Positions 18,897-26,741 of a DNA stretch of 45,364 bases are shown one piece after another (within the stretch, counting starts at the first letter, position 1; each line of letters begins with the position of its first letter). Source of the stretch: a virus. Lineage: Duplodnaviria > Caudoviricetes. The translations under genes were made by a program, and so were the position numbers. The notes beneath the pieces are model-generated. The model searched no databases, was not told the DNA's origin, and saw only the letters and a list, made by a program, of their open reading frames with translations. Location of the stretch: positions 1 through 45,364 of IMG/VR virus record IMGVR_UViG_3300037604_000088. One strand, 5' to 3'.

Positions 18897-19289
18897 ATGA
18901 CGGAAGACGCCCGCGCCCCGTCCGGATCTGGCGGCCGCTCCCACCTCGGTGCCGGCTCGCGCATCACCGGCGAGCTCTATTTTCCCGGCACGGTCGAATT
19001 GCCCGGCTACGTGACTGGCAGCGTCGAGGCCGCTGCCATCGTGATCGAGGAGGCTGGCGAGGTCGAAGGTGACCTGCGCGCCTCAAGCATTGCCATCAAG
19101 GGGTGTTTCAAGGGCCGGATCAAGGGTGGCGCGGTCCAGTTGCACACCACCGCCCGCGTGGTCGCTGACATCACCTACGAGAGCCTGAGTATCGAGAGCG
19201 GCGCGCAGGTGGAGGGGAAGTGCATACCCCGCGCGACACCCAAGGACCCGGCCCCGACCGATCAGGAAAGCGGATCGGACGTCGAGTAG
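18897..19289 (+). CDS. Bactofilin (polymer-forming cytoskeletal protein, CcmA family)
   Basis: SHLGAGSRITGEL...GEVEGDL...I.G...G.I....V.L...A.V.ADITYESLSIESGAQVEG beta-helix repeats. Confidence 0.88.
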   Translation: MTEDARAPSGSGGRSHLGAGSRITGELYFPGTVELPGYVTGSVEAAAIVIEEAGEVEGDLRASSIAIKGCFKGRIKGGAVQLHTTARVVADITYESLSIESGAQVEGKCIPRATPKDPAPTDQESGSDVE

Positions 19290-19681
19290 TGCAGCACCAC
19301 CGGGATCACGGCGGCCTTCAGGCTCGCCGCTCCCTCGACGGGCAGGTCCACGGATCGCGGTGCTTCCGCCTCGACCCAGTCGCAGAGCCCGCCCAGCGTC
19401 CGGTCGGCGGCGAGTGCCGTCCCGATGCTGGACGCCAGCGCGTCGAAGGCAGCATCACGGTTTGTTCCCTGCACGACGGCTTCGATCTCTGCGCGGTGCT
19501 GGTAGTGATAGGTGAGCGGCGAGAGCGTCACCTCCGGCTCGCCCGGCTCGCCGTCGCGCAGGATCAGCAAGCCATCGCCCGGCACGCGCTCGGGTAGCAC
19601 CTCGCCGCGCAGGGCGGTGGCAGGCTGCGCCGAGAGCCGCGCAAGCAGCGCGGTGAGGATGGTTTCGCGGGGGGTGGGCAT
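19262..19681 (-). CDS. Tail terminator-like protein
   Basis: MPTPRETIL...LAADRTLGGLCDW; directly upstream of tail tube in conserved order. Confidence 0.75.
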   Translation of the reverse strand: MPTPRETILTALLARLSAQPATALRGEVLPERVPGDGLLILRDGEPGEPEVTLSPLTYHYQHRAEIEAVVQGTNRDAAFDALASSIGTALAADRTLGGLCDWVEAEAPRSVDLPVEGAASLKAAVIPVVLHYSTSDPLS

Positions 19682-19703
19682 GGTCTGCTTTGATTGGAGT
19701 CGA

Positions 19704-20321
19704 CTATCTTCCCGATGAACCGGATGTCCTGAGTCTATCGAACAACCCGTTCGACCAAGATCGATACCTCTCGATCAGTTCTAGGTATTCTCGGTTCTGC
19801 CAGTCCGCGAGGTCTCGGGTGATGTCCTCAAGGGAGAGGATGTCTTGGAAGCCCATTTCTGAAATGATCGCCCCCTTCGCGCTGGTATCGACGGCGCCCC
19901 AAATCAAGATTGCACCATTGATCTCGACTGGCTTTCCTTGAACGCGCACTGAAATCCGCTGAGGGCTGTGAGCGGCCTCCAGAAACAATTCAAACGCTGG
20001 TTTTTTATGGTGGTCGAGCTGGTGTGTTTCCTCAAGCACGAAGTACCTGAAGTTCATATACTCGATCTCGCATTTCATTTCCGCAGCATAGATGTTTCCG
20101 CTTGTTCGGTCCTGAAGCGTGAAGTCAAGCGTGTATCTGCGCTCCCTGTCCGGATGCCTGAGAGTTGGTCGTCCGAGATTCCTGTACGGCGCTCGCTCGT
20201 CGGCCGCCCACGCCGAGACCACCCTCTCCGAAAATATCCCGAACAATCGCGATAGGTATTTCGCACGTTGATTCTTTGGATCGTTCGGGCACCTGAATAT
20301 CTCCCTGAAACTTCCCGACAT
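19704..20321 (-). CDS. Accessory PD-(D/E)xK restriction-endonuclease-like protein
   Basis: LDFTL...AAEMKC motif (D...ExK); lower GC than flanks; inserted between two neck/tail genes. Confidence 0.65.
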   Translation of the reverse strand: MSGSFREIFRCPNDPKNQRAKYLSRLFGIFSERVVSAWAADERAPYRNLGRPTLRHPDRERRYTLDFTLQDRTSGNIYAAEMKCEIEYMNFRYFVLEETHQLDHHKKPAFELFLEAAHSPQRISVRVQGKPVEINGAILIWGAVDTSAKGAIISEMGFQDILSLEDITRDLADWQNREYLELIERYRSWSNGLFDRLRTSGSSGR

Positions 20322-20362
20322 TACACGTCCCTTATACAGTCAGCCTGTCCATCCAGCCGGCG

Positions 20363-20992
20363 TTACAGCCTTTTGTCCACCCAGTTCGCGACGATCAACC
20401 CCGGCACGCTATCATGCGCCCGCTCGGCGTCGCGGTCCAGATCCAGCCGCTTGGGCAGCTTGACCTGGGGAACCAGCAGGAAGATCGGCACGGTGGTCAG
20501 GCCACGACCGGTCTTGGACCGTGACGCAACCCCGAGGCCCCGGCTGTTCAGACGCCCCTCCGCCACCAGCAGGCTCGGCCCGTGCCGTCGGTAGACGAAG
20601 CGCAGCCGCAGCCCGCGGCGGCGCTCCCACTCGCCGGGCGTGAGCCGTGCACCGCCGCGACCGCGTCCGGCAGCGGGTGTCGGGATCGCCAGCCAGAAGC
20701 CGGCCTTCGAGTGGATCAGCGGGCCGGTGTCGTGGGCACCGATGATCGTTGGCGCTTTCGACCAGACCAGCGCGGCGGCGTTCAGGCTGGGTTTGCCCTT
20801 CGGGTACTGCTCGGAGCGGATCGTGCGCGCGAGCCGCTGCCCCAACCCCGCGCCGGTGATCTGCGCGCGCCAGGCGGACTTGAGAGTGGTCCCGGCCTCG
20901 CGCGTTGCGGCGGAGACGGCCTTTTCGCCCGCCTTGATCTCCGCGGCCATCATGGCGACCAGGTCGGGTGTGACGTCGAGCTTCAGGTTCAT
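20363..20992 (-). CDS. Tail completion/neck protein (DUF6441-like)
   Basis: WRAQITGAGLG.RLA, GFWLAIPTPAAG, PIFLLVPQVKLPKRL; position. Confidence 0.8.
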   Translation of the reverse strand: MNLKLDVTPDLVAMMAAEIKAGEKAVSAATREAGTTLKSAWRAQITGAGLGQRLARTIRSEQYPKGKPSLNAAALVWSKAPTIIGAHDTGPLIHSKAGFWLAIPTPAAGRGRGGARLTPGEWERRRGLRLRFVYRRHGPSLLVAEGRLNSRGLGVASRSKTGRGLTTVPIFLLVPQVKLPKRLDLDRDAERAHDSVPGLIVANWVDKRL

Positions 20993-20997
20993 GGTCT

Positions 20998-21309
20998 CTA
21001 TGCAGGCCGCAAATCCACGGTCCAGACCAGCCGCTCACGATCACGGAGCGGCTCACCCTGGATGAGGAAGGCGTCCCCATCGATCTCGACGCGCTCGCCG
21101 GGCCGCGGTGTCGGGACTTCGGCCACGCGCAGATCGACACGGGTGGTCTCCGACCAGAGGCGGGCATCGCCAAACCCGGTGGTCTCGTCCGCGCGGCGCG
21201 CGACCACGCGGACGAGACGGGCCGCACCGCCTCCCGGCGTGTAGACCGCATCGCGGGCCATGTGCGGATCTCCGAAGAGCGTGTCGATGACGTCAGCAAA
21301 GAGCGACAT
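20998..21309 (-). CDS. Head-tail joining protein (gpFII-like)
   Basis: 103 aa after capsid gene; P.PG....IDG..F.IQGEP.RDRERLVWT. Confidence 0.8.
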   Translation of the reverse strand: MSLFADVIDTLFGDPHMARDAVYTPGGGAARLVRVVARRADETTGFGDARLWSETTRVDLRVAEVPTPRPGERVEIDGDAFLIQGEPLRDRERLVWTVDLRPA

Positions 21310-21314
21310 GGGCG

Positions 21315-22337
21315 TCAGTTCGAGCTGTGCAGGCGGATCGCCAGGCGCGGCCGCTTGTTGACCGGCAGGATCGAGCTTTCGGTCATCAGGTCGATCCAGC
21401 GCCCCTTGGCGTCGATCATCTGGCGCGCATAGAGCGGCAGGCCGACGGTGTTGGCGGTCTCCAGAAGGTTCGCCGGCCCGCCATAGGTGGTGAAGGTATC
21501 GAACGTGCCCAGCGGAAAGGCGATGCCCTCGCCCGCGGGGATCAGGCGCTCCGAGGTCCCGTTCGAGAGCGTGACGGAGCCGTTGTATTCCTCGAAGAGA
21601 ACCCCTGCGAAGGGGAAGGCGCGGCGCATGTCGTCGCGCAGCGGCTGGCCTCCGGTGGCTGAGTAGAACTTGTAGGCGTCCTCGGTCTTCGGATGGCTGA
21701 TCAGCTTGTCGAAGAACTCCGAGCTGACCAGCGCATGCGCGGTGGTCATGGTCTCGCCCAGCAGGTTGTCCTCGATCCCGCGCAGCACATTGCGGACCTT
21801 GCCCTGGATATTGGTGCCGGCGGTGCCGAAGACGAAGTCAACGGAGATCCGGTTGAGCCCGAACTCGGTGAAGTAGTCGTAAAGCGTGGTGCCCGCCCCG
21901 TCCTTCACGATGCCGCGCAGCGCGTTCATTTCCATGTATTCGCGGGTCTGGGCATGCTTGCGGCGCATGAGCGTGAGCTTGCGGGTCATCACCTCGACCA
22001 GCGGATCAGCCGCGTCCGAGACGCCCAGCGCGGGCATGCCCTGGATATCGGCGGGCAGGATGACGTCGTCATGCGGGATCCACGGCAGCGCGAAGCTGCG
22101 CATGAAGCGCTGCTCGCGATTGCCCACCGTGGCCGGCGCGCCAAGCGGGACCGAGGGCAGCAGGCTGAGGACGCCCTCGCGCTGCTCGATGACGATGGAG
22201 CGCTGCGTGACGCCCTCAAAACGAAAGAGGCCGATCTGGCCGAGACGGGTGTAGAGATTGGGCAGGATGTTGATGGCCTGCGTCATCTCGGCGAGCGAAT
22301 AGCCGCCCGCGTCGAACGGGTTGCGGGTGAGGGTCAT
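21315..22337 (-). CDS. Major capsid protein (lambda gpE family)
   Basis: 340 aa; T.AINILPN...LGLF, QTREYM, ETANTVGLPLYARQ, TESSILPV.KRP. Confidence 0.93.
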   Translation of the reverse strand: MTLTRNPFDAGGYSLAEMTQAINILPNLYTRLGQIGLFRFEGVTQRSIVIEQREGVLSLLPSVPLGAPATVGNREQRFMRSFALPWIPHDDVILPADIQGMPALGVSDAADPLVEVMTRKLTLMRRKHAQTREYMEMNALRGIVKDGAGTTLYDYFTEFGLNRISVDFVFGTAGTNIQGKVRNVLRGIEDNLLGETMTTAHALVSSEFFDKLISHPKTEDAYKFYSATGGQPLRDDMRRAFPFAGVLFEEYNGSVTLSNGTSERLIPAGEGIAFPLGTFDTFTTYGGPANLLETANTVGLPLYARQMIDAKGRWIDLMTESSILPVNKRPRLAIRLHSSN

Positions 22338-22388
22338 GGAAAACTCCGGGGAAAGAGGGGGAAGGGCGCGCGGATGCGGGGCGTCGGA

Positions 22389-22769
22389 TCAGGCCGTGTC
22401 GCGAACAATGAGGCCCAGCGCGGTCAGCTGACCGATCTTGGTGGTGATCTTGGCGGCGTCATCGACGGTTCCGTCGTAGGCCAGCGCGGCGCGCGACAGG
22501 ATGGCGGGACCGCGCACGACAACGATACCCACTGCATCGGCCAGTGTGGCATCGACCGCGTAGAGCAGCACGGCGGCGGCCGTCTGCGCGCCGTCGGTGC
22601 CGCCCGATGTGGCGAGCTTGTACTTGCCGCTGGCGGTGATCTTGCCCAGCACGGCACCAACCGGGTAATTGGTGCCGGCGAGCAGCGTGACGGTCTCGCG
22701 GGTGTAGTTGGGATTGACCTCGTATTTGAGGAGATCGCCCATGCTGGGCGGTTGGGTCAGGACAGTCAT
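22389..22769 (-). CDS. Head decoration protein (gpD-like)
   Basis: YTRETVTL..G...GAVLGKITASGKY...GAQTAAAVLL. Confidence 0.88.
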   Translation of the reverse strand: MTVLTQPPSMGDLLKYEVNPNYTRETVTLLAGTNYPVGAVLGKITASGKYKLATSGGTDGAQTAAAVLLYAVDATLADAVGIVVVRGPAILSRAALAYDGTVDDAAKITTKIGQLTALGLIVRDTA

Positions 22770-22879
22770 GTCGGGGATCCTTCAGGGCCATGAGGAAGCA
22801 ATCCCCCGCCGGGATAGAGCGGCGGGGGTTCGTCAGGTCGGTGGTGTGTCGGGAGGTCGGGCGAGACGCAGGCCGGGCG

Positions 22880-23416
22880 TCAGCTGCGCTTGCCCGCGGC
22901 CGCGTCCCGCTTGGCCGCCGAGACAAGCGGGCTTTCCGTCGCCTGCGGCAGGGCTGGCGAGGGCGGTGCGGCGACGACGTCGCGCGCATCGGCCGCGGCG
23001 CTGGCGCGCTCAAGAACCAGGCGGCGCAGGGCCTCGGGCGTGGTCCCTTCGCGCAGGGCTTTCGCGGCGTCGATCGCGATGCCGAGCCGCCCGGCCTGGG
23101 CCGCGATCTCGGTGATCTCCGCCGCCTCCTGGCGCAGCCGCGCCGAGACCTCGGCCAGATTGCCCGCCTGCGCGGAGGGCGGTTCAGATACTGGAGGGAT
23201 GGTGGGCGGTGCTGCGGCGTCAGCTGCCGATGCTGTGCATGCGCTGGCGGTGTCGGAGCGTGAGGGCGCTGGAACAGGCGCAGCTGCGGCGCTGCTGGCC
23301 TGGGGAGAGGCGTCTGGCTCGGGAGTGTCGATTGCCGTTTCTAACGAAGCGTCCTGCTGCGCATCACGGGCCTCCTCCTCCTGCGGCGTGGTCTCCTGGT
23401 CGGGCGCATGGGCCAT
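22880..23416 (-). CDS. Nested scaffolding protein (Nu3-like), in-frame internal start
   Basis: Strong SD AAAGGAG at 23423-23429 before in-frame ATG 23416; low-complexity then helical product. Confidence 0.75.
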   Translation of the reverse strand: MAHAPDQETTPQEEEARDAQQDASLETAIDTPEPDASPQASSAAAAPVPAPSRSDTASACTASAADAAAPPTIPPVSEPPSAQAGNLAEVSARLRQEAAEITEIAAQAGRLGIAIDAAKALREGTTPEALRRLVLERASAAADARDVVAAPPSPALPQATESPLVSAAKRDAAAGKRS

Positions 23417-24388
23417 GGCGGTCTCCTTTCGGGGTTGGGGAAGGGATGCGCGTCGCGCGCGGGAAAGTGTGGTGGCGGGCCTTTGCGCAACCATCTCCCT
23501 GAAGGCCGCAAAGCCGCGCCCGAGATCTGTCACGTCATCGGCCAGGCCCGCCGCGACGGCATCGGCTCCGCGATAGGTGGCGGCTTCGGTGGCCAGCGCA
23601 GCCTCCTGGCTCAACCGCCCGGCGCGTCCGGCTGCGACGGTCTCGGCGAAGAGGAACCGCAACACGTCGATCTCGCGCTGGATGTCGCCCCGCACGGTGT
23701 CCGGCAGAGGCGCGTAGGGGTTCCCGTCCACCTTGTGCTGTCCGGAATGGATCAGCGTGACCCGCACGCCATCCTGATCGAGCTTGCCGCTCAGATCGGC
23801 ATGCATCACGACAACGCCAATGCTGCCCAGCGCCCCGGTGCGCGGCAGCAGGATGCGGTTCGCCTGAGACGCCAGCGCATAGCCAGCCGAGAACGCGTGC
23901 TCGGCCACGAAGGCCCAGACGGGTTTGTCGCGGCGCAGCGCGCGGATGCGGTCGGCCAGGTCGAACACACCCGCCACCTCGCCGCCGAAGCTGTCGATCT
24001 CCAGCGCGACGCCGCGCACCGACGGGTCGCCGGCCGCCGCCTCGATCTGCGCCGCTATCCCCTCGTAGCTGGTCTGGCCAGAGGACTCCCCGATCCAGCC
24101 GCCGCGATGGATGAGCACGCCGGAGATTTCGATCACGGCGATACCGTCCACCAGCGCATAGGGCGCGTCGCCGTGCTGGCGATAGCTGTCGGCAAGCCCA
24201 CCGGCGAGTATGCTGGCGTGGGCGGGCAGGGTGGCTTTTTCGGTATGATAAGCCTCGGCGCCTTCGGTGAGCTCTACCCGCCGCCCGAGAATCCGCGGTC
24301 CGAGGCCGGACAGGAACGCCATGGCCTTGATTGGGTCGACCAGCAGCGGGGTGTTGAAGGCGCGCGCGGCAATGCGGGCATGGAGCAT
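22880..24388 (-). CDS. Head maturation protease, S49 family (gpC-like) with scaffold C-terminus
   Basis: IDSFGGEV, AFSAGYALAS, GSIGV, G.HKVDGNP. Confidence 0.92.
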   Translation of the reverse strand: MLHARIAARAFNTPLLVDPIKAMAFLSGLGPRILGRRVELTEGAEAYHTEKATLPAHASILAGGLADSYRQHGDAPYALVDGIAVIEISGVLIHRGGWIGESSGQTSYEGIAAQIEAAAGDPSVRGVALEIDSFGGEVAGVFDLADRIRALRRDKPVWAFVAEHAFSAGYALASQANRILLPRTGALGSIGVVVMHADLSGKLDQDGVRVTLIHSGQHKVDGNPYAPLPDTVRGDIQREIDVLRFLFAETVAAGRAGRLSQEAALATEAATYRGADAVAAGLADDVTDLGRGFAAFREMVAQRPATTLSRARRASLPQPRKETAMAHAPDQETTPQEEEARDAQQDASLETAIDTPEPDASPQASSAAAAPVPAPSRSDTASACTASAADAAAPPTIPPVSEPPSAQAGNLAEVSARLRQEAAEITEIAAQAGRLGIAIDAAKALREGTTPEALRRLVLERASAAADARDVVAAPPSPALPQATESPLVSAAKRDAAAGKRS

Positions 24389-25908
24389 CAGGGTTGGTCC
24401 TCGTCTGCACGCGGTCGGTCCTCCGCGGTGTCGTCTGCATCATCGCTGTTGGTCACGTCGTTGTCCGCGTTTTCGTCTGGCATGGCCGTCGCACCCTGCG
24501 CCGGCGATCCCGGCCGGCGGAAGTCGAGGCCCAGCGCGCGTTCGCGGGCGTGTTCCGCGGCGATCTCGCGATCGACCTGCTCGGCGTCATAGCCGCGCTC
24601 GGCGATGGCCTGGGTGCGGGATTTGAGGCCCGCTTCGATCTGGGCGATCTCGGCATTGGCGTCCTTGAGCGGATCCACCCAGTCCCACTTGGTCGGCAGC
24701 CACTCCGCGGTCAGCAGCCGGGACCGGTTGACCTCGTAATCCGGCAGGGTCAGCGCGCTCGAGAGCACGGCCGCATCCATCCAGCGGGCATAGACGGGTC
24801 GGCACAGCTGGTAGACCATGACCGAATGCTGCCAGGCCGACACACGGCGCCGGAACTCGATCAGCGCGAGTCGCGAGTTCGAGAAGTTCCCCTTCACCAT
24901 GTCGTTGGCGAGATAGGGATAGGGGATGCCCAGCGCCGCCGAGATCTGCAGCAGCGTGCGGTACTGGAAGGGCTCGTAGGTCGCGCCGCTGTCGGCGGGC
25001 TGCCCCACGGTGACATCCTCGCCCGGATCAAGGCGCACGATCTGACCCGGGCTGATCTCGAGGCCGGCATCCGGCCCATCCTCCTCGGGCGGCGCGAGCG
25101 GGTTCTCCGGCGCGGGGGAGGTCACGAACATCGCGTACATCGCCGCGACCTTCTTGCGGTCGAGCTCGGCATCGTCGTACTGGTCGAGAAGGAACAGCTT
25201 GACGATGGCGGGCGCCAGTTTCGAGACCCCGCGCAGCTGCCCGCCCTCGACCGGATCGATTACATGGATGATCTCTGACGCGGGCACGCGGACGACTTCA
25301 CTCGCCAGCCCCGGATCGGTGCTGTCGCTGGGATGCCGGCGCAGGAAGTGATAGGCCACGCGCCGTCCGATGCGGTCGAACTCGATTCCCTGCCGGATGA
25401 CATTGCCGTTCGCAGCAACACCGCTCTGTTCCAGCGGCAGCATTTCCGCGGGCAGCATCTGCAGCTGCAGCGGCACGGTCAGACCGTCGCCCGCGCGGCG
25501 CGGCCTTATGCGGAAGAACACCTCGCCGGCGATGAAGACTTCGCGGGCCGCGCGGCGCTGCAGCCCGTAGAAGTCGGTCAGCCCTTCGGCATCGGCTTCG
25601 TCCGTCCAGTCGAGCCAGAGCCGCTGCAGCTCTTCCTTGCGGGCAGCATCCCCGATCTTCGAGATCGGCTTGATGCCGTCACCCGCGGTGTTGGCCGCCC
25701 AGCTTTCGACGGCGTTCAGCGCGTAGCCATTATTCCGCACGAGCCAACGGGCGCGCGCGGTGATGTCGGGCCCCGCGGCTGCGATCAGCGCGTTGACATG
25801 CGCGCGGGTGGCGCGGAAGCCGCGCAGCCGCCGGTGGTGCTGGCCCGCATCGAACCCGCCGATGAACGCCCCGAGACGCTGGCGCCAGTTCATCGCGCCG
25901 CCCATCAC
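24388..25908 (-). CDS. Portal protein (lambda gpB family)
   Basis: ARARWLVRNNGY, GQLRGVS, NFSNSRLALIEF, WVDPLKD. Confidence 0.95.
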   Translation of the reverse strand: MMGGAMNWRQRLGAFIGGFDAGQHHRRLRGFRATRAHVNALIAAAGPDITARARWLVRNNGYALNAVESWAANTAGDGIKPISKIGDAARKEELQRLWLDWTDEADAEGLTDFYGLQRRAAREVFIAGEVFFRIRPRRAGDGLTVPLQLQMLPAEMLPLEQSGVAANGNVIRQGIEFDRIGRRVAYHFLRRHPSDSTDPGLASEVVRVPASEIIHVIDPVEGGQLRGVSKLAPAIVKLFLLDQYDDAELDRKKVAAMYAMFVTSPAPENPLAPPEEDGPDAGLEISPGQIVRLDPGEDVTVGQPADSGATYEPFQYRTLLQISAALGIPYPYLANDMVKGNFSNSRLALIEFRRRVSAWQHSVMVYQLCRPVYARWMDAAVLSSALTLPDYEVNRSRLLTAEWLPTKWDWVDPLKDANAEIAQIEAGLKSRTQAIAERGYDAEQVDREIAAEHARERALGLDFRRPGSPAQGATAMPDENADNDVTNSDDADDTAEDRPRADEDQP

Positions 25909-26114
25909 AGGTCCTTCACGGCATGGGGTCGGAAGATACGCCCGGTGCCGCGCTCCATCGCGGCAATCCGGCGCTCGATATCCGCAATCGCGGCCGCCAT
26001 TTCCGCGTCCGAGCCGTAGGTGACGCTCTTGCCGTCATAGCTGACGCTGCGCGTGCCGCTGTAGCGCGCCGCCAGCAGCGCGCTGTGACGGGCCTTGAGA
26101 TCATCGAGGGTCAT
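25905..26114 (-). CDS. Head-tail joining protein gpW
   Basis: 69 aa, ARYSGTRSVSYDGKSVTYGSDAEM; between terL and portal. Confidence 0.88.
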   Translation of the reverse strand: MTLDDLKARHSALLAARYSGTRSVSYDGKSVTYGSDAEMAAAIADIERRIAAMERGTGRIFRPHAVKDL

Positions 26115-26146
26115 TTGTGTCCCGTGTCTTCCGGTGCGCAGTGTTC

Positions 26147-26175
26147 TTGTCATGCACACATTTGATGTGTATGAT
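26147..26175 (+). promoter_or_regulatory. Sigma70-type promoter of ccdAB with overlapping palindromic operator
   Basis: TTGTCA-N17-TATGAT; ACACAT-ttg-ATGTGT dyad within the spacer. Confidence 0.7.
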
Positions 26176-26199
26176 CTATGTGTCGCAGGAGATTCCCCG

Positions 26200-26445
26200 A
26201 TGCCGCACAGCACCACCGAGAAGCAGCGCACGAACATCACCCTCACCGCCACCAATCTCGCCGCCGCGCGGGAGCTGGGCCTGAACGTGTCGGCGATCAG
26301 CGATGCTGCGCTGGCCGAGGCTGTGTGCGCGGCCAAAGCCGAAGCCTGGGCACGCGAGAATGCCGAGGCGATTGCCGCGCGCCGCGCCTGGATCGAGGCC
26401 AACGGCACCCCGCTTGCCGATCTTCAGGTCCTGAAGACCGACTGA
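26200..26445 (+). CDS. ccdA: CcdA antitoxin
   Basis: KQRTNITL...ARELGLNVSA...AWARENAEAI; SD AGGAG. Confidence 0.92.
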   Translation: MPHSTTEKQRTNITLTATNLAAARELGLNVSAISDAALAEAVCAAKAEAWARENAEAIAARRAWIEANGTPLADLQVLKTD

Positions 26446-26741
26446 TGGCGCAGTTCCAGGTGTACCGTGTCGCCGGTAACCGGCTTGTACTCGATCTCCA
26501 GACCGATCTGATCGAGACCGGCACGCGCGTGGTCGCCCCGCTGCTTCCCGTCTCATCCGGACCGAAGGCCATCGGGCGGCTCGAACCGGTCTTCGAGATC
26601 GAGAGCGCGGCGCATGTGCTGCACACGGCCGAGATGGCCGCGATCCCTTCCGCCTTGCTCAAGGCGCCGCCCGTCGCCGACCTTTCCCGCTTCGATTACG
26701 AGATCCGAGGTGCTCTCGACATGGTGTTCTCCGGCTTCTGA
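26445..26741 (+). CDS. ccdB: CcdB toxin (gyrase poison family)
   Basis: MAQFQVY...LDLQTDL...TRVVAPL...I..ALDMVFSGF; TGATG coupling to ccdA. Confidence 0.92.
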   Translation: MAQFQVYRVAGNRLVLDLQTDLIETGTRVVAPLLPVSSGPKAIGRLEPVFEIESAAHVLHTAEMAAIPSALLKAPPVADLSRFDYEIRGALDMVFSGF

